A DNA stretch of 36,007 nucleotides from a bacterium. Lineage in GTDB: Bacteria; Babelota; Babeliae; Babelales; RVW-14. How positions within the stretch are numbered: the first letter of the stretch is position 1; every line of letters begins with the position of its first letter. The stretch lies in the NCBI GenBank assembly GCA_043822925.1, contig JBDRBF010000042.1:1-36007 (forward strand), written 5' to 3'. A model generated the notes under the pieces. It was not told where the DNA came from. It saw only the letters and a program-made list of their open reading frames with translations, and did no database searches. This document shows positions 9,332-17,287 of the stretch, in pieces. The position numbers and the translations under genes were made by a program.

Positions 9332-10507
9332 TTACCTTTCTGCTTTTACGTCTGCAGCGATGTTCGCGCATAGGTTTTTGAGTTTTTCTTTGTATTTTTT
9401 CATGGTGTTTGTTCGGTTGTAATATCTAAAAAATTTGATGCCACTGTTTGGATTAAGCATTGTTTGATTAATAACAAGCCTGAATTCAGTACAATTAAAA
9501 TCCCAGGTATTCCAGTGGGTAGAATTGTATATGTAATTTTCTAGATCGATGTTTACGGGATGATCTTTTGGTTTTTCATCTGTATGGTATAATCCTCCAC
9601 CATTGACGCAACGATAAGCAATTGAATTTACTTGTTTTTTTGGAATAAAAATTTGAAGAAGAATGCCTGTTTTGCCTTTTTCTGCTTTTGAAAGCATTTT
9701 ATTGAGCTCTTCAATCTCTGGTTTATATTTTTTAAAATATTTCGCGTAATCAAAAGCATCAAAAAGATCTTGAATAATAGTGATTATATTTACAGGATGC
9801 CAAGATTGGGAATGGAGAAAGTAATAAAAAGAGCATTCTGCCCATCGCTTTGTATTACTAAAGAGCGACGGATTGACCGATAATAAACGTTTTCGTATAT
9901 CATCAGTAACATAATCAAAAACAGATATGGGCTTACGAACTCTGATTTGTTTATTTTTTATGTGGTAAAAAAGAAAATCATGAGCGTCTTTAAATTTTGA
10001 AAAATCTTTATGTGGCACGCGAAGCATTTTAAATTTTTTACATAGATCCCGGGTGTTTATTTTGTTTAATTCTTTGTATAAATCTTGTAGTAACGCAAAT
10101 TCTCTCATTTGGGCATGATAAAAAACATAATGAGTATCTTTAAAATCTATTTCATTCGTTATTATTTTTTTAAAGACATCGCTGAAATAATCAATGCCGA
10201 TATCTTTAATAGCGTTACTATATTCTGTATTTAACTGTGCGCGTAAATCAGTTCGATTAAGATACGCTAACGTTGGTGTTTGTAGTTTTCTGCTTGGTTT
10301 ATCTAAAATATGCAAAGAATGATACGTTTTGACGATAATATCCTCAACGGTTCTATCAGGTGGAAAAATATACGTAGAACTTGGTTTTTCTCCAACCCAG
10401 GCCGCCAGCGGTGTTTGAACCGTAAAAAACAATGTTAACGCAATTAAAAAATGCGTCTGTAATTTCTTCAAAAAGTTTGTTTTTTTGTGTTGTTTTTTTA
10501 TGATCAT
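9332..10507 (-). CDS. Tandem paralogue 3, putative ART-like secreted protein
   Basis: Signal peptide; YVFYHAQ, LLSVNPSLFSNT, ECSFYYF, GILLQIFIPK, YRC, EFRLVINQ. Confidence 0.85.
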   Translation of the reverse strand: MIIKKQHKKTNFLKKLQTHFLIALTLFFTVQTPLAAWVGEKPSSTYIFPPDRTVEDIIVKTYHSLHILDKPSRKLQTPTLAYLNRTDLRAQLNTEYSNAIKDIGIDYFSDVFKKIITNEIDFKDTHYVFYHAQMREFALLQDLYKELNKINTRDLCKKFKMLRVPHKDFSKFKDAHDFLFYHIKNKQIRVRKPISVFDYVTDDIRKRLLSVNPSLFSNTKRWAECSFYYFLHSQSWHPVNIITIIQDLFDAFDYAKYFKKYKPEIEELNKMLSKAEKGKTGILLQIFIPKKQVNSIAYRCVNGGGLYHTDEKPKDHPVNIDLENYIYNSTHWNTWDFNCTEFRLVINQTMLNPNSGIKFFRYYNRTNTMKKYKEKLKNLCANIAADVKAER

Positions 10508-10510
10508 GGC

Positions 10511-11641
10511 TTATCTTTCAGCTTGTACGTTCGCTGCGATTTTATCGCACAAATCTTTGAGCTTTGCTTTGTATTTTTTCATGGTGTCCGTTTGGTTGCA
10601 GTATCTAAAAAATTTGATGCCGCTGTTTGGGTCAAGCATTGTTTGATTAATTAAAAGTCTGAACTGGCAGTTGTCGAATGAACTGTTGCCGGTCCAAGAA
10701 CTTGGTCCATTTTTGTAATTATTTAAATCAGTTACTGCAGGATGTTTTTCTGGCTTTTTATCTGTGTGGTATAAGCACCCAAAAGCTTGGCAGCGGTATG
10801 CAAACGTATTAACCATTTTTTCAGGAATAAAGATTTGTAGAAGTGCTCCTGTTTTGCCTTTTTCTGATTCTGAAAGTATGGAGTTTAGTTCTTTGATTTC
10901 TTTGTTATATTTTGAAAAATATTTTTTGTAGTTAAAAATATTAAATACGTTTTCTGCTAACTTCAAAATATCTATAGATGCGATCGAGTTGGAGTTTATA
11001 AAATAGTAAAAAGAGCATTCCCCTAAATTGTATGTGTTGCTAAAGAGTGACGGGTTAGCTGCCAGGAGATTTTTATTGATGTGTGGGTTATGGTCAAAGC
11101 AACCCGTTTCAATTTCTTTATTTTTGATGTAGTGAGCTAAAAAATCTTTGATGCAGCTAAATTTTGAAAAATCTTTATCTGGGGTTCGTAACAGAATAAA
11201 GTCTTGTAACGATTTTTTATATGCTATTTTGTTTAATTCGTTATATAAATCTTGCGGTAATATGAATTCTCTTTTTTGTCCGTGATAAAAAACATGATGG
11301 GTATCTTTAAAATCACATTCGTTTTTTAGAATAGTTTTAAAGATGTCTTTAAAGTAATCGATTCCGATTTCTTTAATTTTATAGCTATAACTTGCGTTTA
11401 AATTTGTTCGTAAATCTGTTTTATCTAAATAGGCAAGCGTTTGCGTTTGTGCATGTTTACCTGGTGTATCTATTATATTTAAATGTTTGTATGCCTGCGC
11501 AATAATATCTTCGACCGTTTTTTCAGTTGGGCTATAAGAGCCGTAAGCTGAGTAAGCAGTTGCTGGAGTTTGCGCAATAACAAATAATGTCAACGCGACG
11601 AGAATATAGCTTCGCAATTTCTTAAAAAATATCGTTTTCAT
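10511..11641 (-). CDS. Tandem paralogue 2, putative ART-like secreted protein
   Basis: Start placed at MKTIFFKK (GGAGG RBS upstream); HVFYHGQ, LLAANPSLFSNT, GALLQIFIPE, QFRLLINQ. Confidence 0.85.
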   Translation of the reverse strand: MKTIFFKKLRSYILVALTLFVIAQTPATAYSAYGSYSPTEKTVEDIIAQAYKHLNIIDTPGKHAQTQTLAYLDKTDLRTNLNASYSYKIKEIGIDYFKDIFKTILKNECDFKDTHHVFYHGQKREFILPQDLYNELNKIAYKKSLQDFILLRTPDKDFSKFSCIKDFLAHYIKNKEIETGCFDHNPHINKNLLAANPSLFSNTYNLGECSFYYFINSNSIASIDILKLAENVFNIFNYKKYFSKYNKEIKELNSILSESEKGKTGALLQIFIPEKMVNTFAYRCQAFGCLYHTDKKPEKHPAVTDLNNYKNGPSSWTGNSSFDNCQFRLLINQTMLDPNSGIKFFRYCNQTDTMKKYKAKLKDLCDKIAANVQAER

Positions 11642-11698
11642 GAATAAAACCTCCATTTATCTAGGTTTATATTATGTAATAAGCACCTGAACTACGAT

Positions 11699-12829
11699 TT
11701 AAATTGCTTTCAAATCTTGTGTAATTTTTTGTTTTAGTTGTTCTAATTTTGTTTGGTATTCTTTAATTTTTGCTGTTTTATTAAAGTGTCTAAAAACTTT
11801 AATAGCGTTTATCGGTCTACGGTTTCCATGATTGAGCATTTCTTGATTTAACAAGATTCTAAATTGCATATTATCAAGCTCTGTGCTTGAGTAAGAGCTG
11901 TTGGCAAATAAACTTGAGAAAAGATTTTTCTGGTACGCTTCCAGTTCTATTGATGGTTTTTTAATGTCACGGTCTGGTTGCGTATAATAAGGGACCCCTC
12001 TTGGCATTGATCTATATATTAATTGGTCTACTTTGGTTTTTGGTATAAATATTTGCATGAGCAGCCCTGTTTTGTTGTATTCATATGTTGTGAGTGTTTT
12101 ATAGAGATCGTTAATATCTTGAGTGTATTTTTTGTATATATGTGCATATGAGTAATGGTCAAATACTTGAGAAACGAGACTTAATGGGTTTATCGTGAAG
12201 GCTGTTTTTGATGCTAAAAAATAGCAAAAAGCAGAAGAGGTTTCACGGTTTACGGTATTTCCAAAGAGCGATGGGTTTACGGAAAGCAATAGACTGCGAG
12301 CCGGTTCTATGCTGTCATCAACTTTAGTGTATGTATACGTATTTAAAAATTGTTGCACAGAATTATAGGCTTGTGCTTCTGGGGTTGGGATGCGTAATAA
12401 GAAAAAATTTGTAAGTATCTTATTTGTCTTTATCTCTGTTAATAACTTAAGAAGGTCTTGAAATAACAAGAAATCAAGACTGCATCCATGGTAAAAAACA
12501 TAGTGAGTTTTTGAGAATTCTTTTTCTTTTCTAAACGCTTTGTTAATTGTCTTGCAGATTGCTTCTTTGCCCAGCGTTTTTATTTTTAGTTTAATTGCAG
12601 CTGTATTTAAGCAGCCGTCTTGTAGCCCAGGTTGATTGTAATGAGCAAGTGATTGAATGTTTGTTGCGTTTAGTTGGTTAGTTACATTGAGGTGAATGTA
12701 GTTATTAAAAAATGATTCTTCAAGTGTTACTAGTTGAGGTTTATTTGTATTTACACAATACGTTGCGGATACGGTTGCTAAAAAGAGCACCGCGCATAAG
12801 CTTATTTTTTTTAATCTTAAATAAAACAT
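11699..12829 (-). CDS. Tandem paralogue 1 (most divergent), putative ART-like secreted protein
   Basis: Signal peptide; YVFYHGC, LLSVNPSLFGNT, GLLMQIFIPK, YRS, QFRILLNQ; GGGGG RBS. Confidence 0.85.
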   Translation of the reverse strand: MFYLRLKKISLCAVLFLATVSATYCVNTNKPQLVTLEESFFNNYIHLNVTNQLNATNIQSLAHYNQPGLQDGCLNTAAIKLKIKTLGKEAICKTINKAFRKEKEFSKTHYVFYHGCSLDFLLFQDLLKLLTEIKTNKILTNFFLLRIPTPEAQAYNSVQQFLNTYTYTKVDDSIEPARSLLLSVNPSLFGNTVNRETSSAFCYFLASKTAFTINPLSLVSQVFDHYSYAHIYKKYTQDINDLYKTLTTYEYNKTGLLMQIFIPKTKVDQLIYRSMPRGVPYYTQPDRDIKKPSIELEAYQKNLFSSLFANSSYSSTELDNMQFRILLNQEMLNHGNRRPINAIKVFRHFNKTAKIKEYQTKLEQLKQKITQDLKAI

Positions 12830-12868
12830 TAAAGACCCCCCGTCTAAATTTTGTTCCCTAACAGTACA

Positions 12869-12897
12869 AGTATATCGGTTTTAAAGCTGTTTCTCAA
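12869..12897 (-). promoter_or_regulatory. Sigma70-type promoter for the paralogue array
   Basis: TTGAGA-17 bp-TATACT on the minus strand, about 40 nt before the start at 12829. Confidence 0.6.
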
Positions 12898-12949
12898 ATG
12901 GGTGCGCGTTACCCTGTTCTTTATTTCTGGTCTAGTATAAATAGAAAAA

Positions 12950-14557
12950 TTACGTATTATTCTCGGTGCAGTTTGAATTTTTTATTGCGAGTTCTCGAGC
13001 TTTTTTTATAAGAGCAGCTCCAATTGGTATGTTTCTTTTCTTTTCATCTACCCAGTGTGCAGCAATTGCCATACCTGGTAGTTCATTCTTAAATGACGAT
13101 GTTTTGGCTATATCTATTTCTATGTATTTGGTTGTTTTAAACGTTGGCCTTTTTTTTGCGTGGGCATAATTTGTTACGTGAGCTTCTAGTGGTGTTTTGC
13201 TTTCATATATTTTAAGCTTCCAGCCATCCCATTTATGTGCTGTTGTTAAGATTCCGTAACAGTCATATGGTTGCCCACATAGTGGGGTTCCTGATGCTGA
13301 AGAAAATGTAAATACCGGCATTTGGATTTTGCTGATAAAAAATTCATTATTGTTTCTATCGCATTTTGGAATAACTGAGGTCCAATGGTTATTTTCTGGC
13401 ATTTTGAAACCAAAAGCATAATGTTGGTGGCCTCTGATAAAACCATTTAGGCCAATGCCGTTTTCTGTTAAATATGCATTTACCCAATTTTTATCAAATT
13501 TATATCCACGGCCACTAAAAGAGACGCCACCTTTAATTGTTGTTCCAGAAAAATCGGTCCAATTAAAGTTTCCCGCCCAATTTGGAAACCCATTGCCTGC
13601 ACGGTTTTCAGAATTATATTTATTGTGTGCCCCTGTTCCGGGAATTTTTTCAAAAATTTCGAGTGTGCTATTAATAAGTCTTTGTGGTTTGTAGCCAGGA
13701 TTTAGACCACCATGGCAACATTGGATAACGCTATCGCCGGATTTAAGTAAGAGCGCAAGCGGGAAGCAGCGTACTAAATTTGTTATAGAAGCTAATAGGT
13801 CATGAGCTGGTTGTTTGCCGAATTTTTCTTTTAATTCAGCTGCAAAGCTATAGAGCCGTGAAAGAGCTTCATATTCATGATTTCCACGCAGTAAATGTAC
13901 GTGTGTTGGGTTTGCTTTTTTTAATAAATAAAGTGTATGTAAGACTTCAATGCTATAAAGACCGCGATCAAAATAATCACCTAAGCAAATTAAATTTATA
14001 TTTTTTGTAAGTTTAAAATTGTCATCAAGTTTATCTTCTGCAACAAGCCCCCATAATGTTCTTAAGAGTGAGTGTACGCAGCCATGTATATCACCTATAA
14101 AACAGGTTTGGCTATCAACTGGAGTTTCGTATTTTTGTACATAGTCCCATGCATGTTTCCCGGCCCAAAAGTCTGAGTTTGGGACTTGTGCCTCGAGCCA
14201 GTTTTTTGAGTTTCTAAAAGCGCTGTTTTTAAAAAGATTGCGAAAATCTTTGAGCATATCAGTAACGTCTTGTGCTGTGAGAATGGTTTTGTAGTTATTT
14301 GAATATTCTGGAAGTTGGCTGAAGCAGGTGCTTGTCCAGGCAGTTAATGTTGGTGTTTTGCCTGTATATAGCGTTTTATTGGGTACGGTTTTATGGGCGA
14401 TGGTATCTTGTGATGCGTGATTTATTTTGTGTGAAGATATTGTGTCTGTAGACGTGGCAGCCCATAAACAAGAAAACAGGCCAAGAACAGATAAAAGAAT
14501 AGATAGTTGTATAAAAAGAGTTTTAGCTCGCTTGGCGAGCTGTGTAATAAATATCAT
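12950..14557 (-). CDS. Secreted PPP-family Ser/Thr protein phosphatase (calcineurin-like metallophosphoesterase)
   Basis: GDIHG, GDYFDRG, LRGNHE, CHGG, WTD, IRGHQ, TFSSA in PPP order; N-terminal signal peptide. Confidence 0.9.
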   Translation of the reverse strand: MIFITQLAKRAKTLFIQLSILLSVLGLFSCLWAATSTDTISSHKINHASQDTIAHKTVPNKTLYTGKTPTLTAWTSTCFSQLPEYSNNYKTILTAQDVTDMLKDFRNLFKNSAFRNSKNWLEAQVPNSDFWAGKHAWDYVQKYETPVDSQTCFIGDIHGCVHSLLRTLWGLVAEDKLDDNFKLTKNINLICLGDYFDRGLYSIEVLHTLYLLKKANPTHVHLLRGNHEYEALSRLYSFAAELKEKFGKQPAHDLLASITNLVRCFPLALLLKSGDSVIQCCHGGLNPGYKPQRLINSTLEIFEKIPGTGAHNKYNSENRAGNGFPNWAGNFNWTDFSGTTIKGGVSFSGRGYKFDKNWVNAYLTENGIGLNGFIRGHQHYAFGFKMPENNHWTSVIPKCDRNNNEFFISKIQMPVFTFSSASGTPLCGQPYDCYGILTTAHKWDGWKLKIYESKTPLEAHVTNYAHAKKRPTFKTTKYIEIDIAKTSSFKNELPGMAIAAHWVDEKKRNIPIGAALIKKARELAIKNSNCTENNT

Positions 14558-14605
14558 GAGAAAACCCCCGTTTTCTAAAAGTAATATCTTAGTTTTTACT
14601 TTCTA

Positions 14606-14634
14606 AGCGTATCAAGAGCTGGAGGGTTTGTCAT
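14606..14634 (-). promoter_or_regulatory. Possible sigma70 promoter for the phosphatase
   Basis: ATGACA-17 bp-TACGCT with a TGn extended -10. Confidence 0.4.
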
Positions 14635-14839
14635 ATGGGTAGGCCTCTTTGGGGCTATATTTAGTACTGTTTTAGTATTAAGATAGATGTGACTAGTTGG
14701 ATTTAATACTGTTTGGATTATTGTGCATGGTCTTGTGAGTTTTGAATATTATGTGCTGGGCGTTATTTTACTGGTTTTTTTGAATTCTTTTGTTAAAGTT
14801 TTCTAAGTAAGTAAAAATTTAACAAAGAGAGGTTCTATC

Positions 14840-15439
14840 ATGTTTACATTGCCAAAGCTTCCGTACGAGAAGCATGATCTCGAGCCATATATTTCGAGCA
14901 GAACAATAGAATTTCATTATGGCAAGCATCATCAGGCCTATATTGATAATCTTAATAATTTAATAACGGGAACTGATTTTGAAGAGTTTTCGCTTAAAGA
15001 GATCATGGAACAAACGGTAGATGCTCCTGATAAAGTTGCGATTTTTAATAATGCTGGTCAGGTTTTTAATCATGATTTCTATTGGAATTGTATAAAAAAG
15101 AATGGTGGCGGAGCTCCTGAGGGCAAGCTGCATGACAAAATTCTTGATGATTTTGGTCTGTATCTTAATTTTGTTCAAGAATTTAAAACAGTGGGTACTA
15201 AGCTTTTTGGTTCTGGATGGGTTTGGCTTGTTCTTGATGGTGGCAAACTAAGAATTGTTGGCACATCAAATGCGGGCAATCCAATTACCGATGGCATGGT
15301 GCCATTACTTGTTGTTGATGTATGGGAGCATGCGTACTATCTTGATTATCAAAACGACCGTAAAAAATATATAGACGATTTTTTGAATAATTTAGTGAAC
15401 TGGAAATTTGTTCAAGATAATTATATTGAAGCTGCTTAA
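14840..15439 (+). CDS. sodB: Superoxide dismutase, Fe-type likely
   Basis: HYGKHHQAY, FNNAGQVFNHDFYW (Fe-type Gln), FGSGWVWL, DVWEHAYY. Confidence 0.93.
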   Translation: MFTLPKLPYEKHDLEPYISSRTIEFHYGKHHQAYIDNLNNLITGTDFEEFSLKEIMEQTVDAPDKVAIFNNAGQVFNHDFYWNCIKKNGGGAPEGKLHDKILDDFGLYLNFVQEFKTVGTKLFGSGWVWLVLDGGKLRIVGTSNAGNPITDGMVPLLVVDVWEHAYYLDYQNDRKKYIDDFLNNLVNWKFVQDNYIEAA

Positions 15440-15454
15440 AAAAACAGGAAAATT

Positions 15455-16030
15455 ATGATCCGTTTAAAAAACACGCAAACAGAAAAAAACATACTAACGG
15501 CGTTTGCCGGAGAGTCTCAAGCTCGCAATAGATATACGTATTTTGCATCACAAGCAGTAAAAGAAGGCTACATGCAAATAGCAGCAATCTTTGAAGAAAC
15601 AGCAAATCAAGAAAAAGAACATGCAAAGCGTTTGTTTAAATTTCTTGAAGGTGGCGACGTTGAAATTACTGCTAAATATCCAGCTGGTGTGATTGGCACA
15701 ACGCATGAAAATCTCTTAGCGTCTATCGCAGGGGAACATTACGAACATAGTAGTATGTATCCAGAATTTGCTAAAACAGCCAGAGCTGAAGGCCTTGTTG
15801 CTATAGCAGCAGTTTTTGAAGCTATAGCCAAAGCCGAAGTGCATCATGAAGAGCGCTATAAGATATTAGCTAATAATATAAAAACAGGTACCGTGTTTCA
15901 AAAAGGTGCATCAGTACAGTGGGAATGCAGAAATTGTGGCTATGTTTCTACGGGAGACCATGCTCCTGATATGTGCCCAGCCTGCGCACATCCACAAGCT
16001 CATTATCAGGTTAAAATAGATATACGATAA
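15455..16030 (+). CDS. rbr: Rubrerythrin
   Basis: AFAGESQARNRY, EKEHA, EVHHEERY diiron ligands; C-terminal CRNCG...CPAC rubredoxin-like knuckle. Confidence 0.97.
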   Translation: MIRLKNTQTEKNILTAFAGESQARNRYTYFASQAVKEGYMQIAAIFEETANQEKEHAKRLFKFLEGGDVEITAKYPAGVIGTTHENLLASIAGEHYEHSSMYPEFAKTARAEGLVAIAAVFEAIAKAEVHHEERYKILANNIKTGTVFQKGASVQWECRNCGYVSTGDHAPDMCPACAHPQAHYQVKIDIR

Positions 16031-16052
16031 GATAATAAGATATTTGGGCAAG

Positions 16053-16115
16053 AAATATTTAGATAGATCAGGAAAAAGAGGGCCGGACATATGTTTGTGT
16101 ATGTCCGGCCCTTTA
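16053..16115. repeat. Palindromic repeat copy 1 (probable terminator of sodB-rbr)
   Basis: AAATATTTAGATAGATCAGGAAAAAG-AGGGCCGGACATA-8 nt-TATGTCCGGCCCT-TTA; 13-bp perfect stem. Confidence 0.9.
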
Positions 16116-16155
16116 TGCGTTTTATCTAAGTATTTTTGAATAACGGTGACTAAAA

Positions 16156-16200
16156 TTGCAACAATGTTACATTTATGTATACTTAAATTGTAACATTGTT
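16156..16200 (+). promoter_or_regulatory. TA promoter with overlapping palindromic operator
   Basis: TTGCAA-16 bp-TATACT overlapping the inverted repeat AACAATGTTACA...TGTAACATTGTT (16160-16200). Confidence 0.7.
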
Positions 16201-16218
16201 AAATTATAAGGGAGTTTT

Positions 16219-16464
16219 ATGTCTAAATTAATGAGAATTAACGATTCTACAATAAGTACGCTTGAGAATTTAAGTAAGCTTACTGGTCAATCAAAACAAA
16301 AGCTTTTAGATAGAGCGGTTGCGCTTTACGCCCACGAGCAAATTTTGAAAAAGGCAAATGAGCAATATGCTGCTTTAGAAAAAGATCCTAAAGCTTGGAA
16401 AGAAATGCAAGATGAGTGTCAAGAGTGGGATGTAACGCTCAAAGATGGGCTCAAAGATGATTAA
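16219..16464 (+). CDS. Type II antitoxin (ribbon-helix-helix-like), partner of the MazF toxin
   Basis: 81 aa; LMRI strand-helix-helix N-terminus, acidic WDVTLKDGL tail; overlaps the toxin start; AAGGGAG RBS. Confidence 0.85.
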   Translation: MSKLMRINDSTISTLENLSKLTGQSKQKLLDRAVALYAHEQILKKANEQYAALEKDPKAWKEMQDECQEWDVTLKDGLKDD

Positions 16465-16822
16465 TCCACAAAATCTTATTCGTGGGTCAGTTTGGTTTGT
16501 TAACTTGGATCCAGTTATAGGACATGAGCAAGCAAAAAAACGTCCTTGTGTTATTCTCAGTGCCAACACGTATAATCAAAATAGAGCTGGGTTAGCTATT
16601 ATAGCCCCTATTACCTCTCAGCCGCATGAAATTTACTGGCGCATCCCCATGGCTTTATCAGAGGGAGGTCTTGAAAAAAAATCTTTTATAATTTGCGATC
16701 AAATACGGACTGTTTCTATATTACGTTTTTCATCGAAAATGCTTGGGATTGTCAGTGATTATACGCTTGAACGGATTGAAGAGCGATTAAAAATATTGTT
16801 TTGTTTGGTTCCAAGAGAATAA
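16457..16822 (+). CDS. mazF: PemK/MazF-family endoribonuclease toxin
   Basis: RGSVWFVNLDPVIGHEQAKKRPCVILS, IAPITS, CDQIRTVS. Alternative start at 16445. Confidence 0.93.
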   Translation: MINPQNLIRGSVWFVNLDPVIGHEQAKKRPCVILSANTYNQNRAGLAIIAPITSQPHEIYWRIPMALSEGGLEKKSFIICDQIRTVSILRFSSKMLGIVSDYTLERIEERLKILFCLVPRE

Positions 16823-16823
16823 A

Positions 16824-16885
16824 AAATATTTAGATTGATCTTGAAAAAGACGGCCGGACATATGTTTATGTATGTCCAGCCTTTA
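16824..16885. repeat. Palindromic repeat copy 2
   Basis: Direct repeat of 16053-16115, 56/63 positions identical by hand alignment; begins just after the mazF stop. Confidence 0.9.
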
Positions 16886-16934
16886 GTCTGGAGCGTGGCT
16901 TTTTGTTTTTTACCCTTAAATAGCTATGATAAAG

Positions 16935-16965
16935 AATATTTGTTTTATGAAGATAAGAAAATATT
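16935..16965 (+). promoter_or_regulatory. Imperfect inverted repeat upstream of the orphan antitoxin (possible operator)
   Basis: AATATTTGTTTTAT-GAAG-ATAAGAAAATATT, downstream of a TATGAT -10-like hexamer. Confidence 0.35.
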
Positions 16966-16982
16966 AGGTTGTGGAGAAAAAA

Positions 16983-17207
16983 ATGAAAAAAGCTTCAGTT
17001 TTAGAAACGATTCAAGGGCAATATATTGTTAATGAGCGGGGTGAAAAGACAAGCATAATTCTAAATATTAAAACTTTTGAAAAATTGCTTGAAGAACTTG
17101 AAGATGCTCACCTTGGTAAAGTAGCCACTGATATTTTGAAAAAAGAAAAAAAGGCGAAAACAAAGAGATATACACTTGATGAGATCAAACAACAGATTCT
17201 CAAATAA
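16983..17207 (+). CDS. Orphan antitoxin-like protein (Phd/RelB-like)
   Basis: QYIVNERGEKTSIILNIKTFEKLLEELED...YTLDEIK is the pattern of small antitoxins usually found before RelE toxins; GGAG RBS; no intact toxin follows. Confidence 0.7.
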   Translation: MKKASVLETIQGQYIVNERGEKTSIILNIKTFEKLLEELEDAHLGKVATDILKKEKKAKTKRYTLDEIKQQILK

Positions 17208-17238
17208 CTTTTTCTCATGAAGAGCAGTTAAAGATTCT

Positions 17239-17287
17239 AAAAAAAAAGGCCGGACATATGGTTATGTACGTCCGGCCCTCTTTTTTT
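17239..17287. repeat. Palindromic repeat copy 3 (bidirectional terminator between convergent genes)
   Basis: A9-GGCCGGACATATGGTTATGTACGTCCGGCC-CTC-T7; same core as copies 1 and 2. Confidence 0.9.

Noticed and set aside
8177-11641. Stop-codon readthrough fusing paralogues 2-4 into a polyprotein (same frame, single TAA plus one codon at each junction)
   Set aside because: UAA is the least leaky stop, each unit keeps its own signal peptide, and tandem duplication explains the shared junction geometry.
16835-17032. 65-aa ORF between mazF and the orphan antitoxin
   Set aside because: Starts at TTG inside repeat copy 2, has no RBS or recognisable motif, and overlaps the antitoxin out of frame.
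16053-17287. CRISPR array or integron attC sites
   Set aside because: The spacers are hundreds of bp long and contain genes, there are no cas genes or integrase in the window, and no RYYYAAC...GTTRRRY boundaries are evident.
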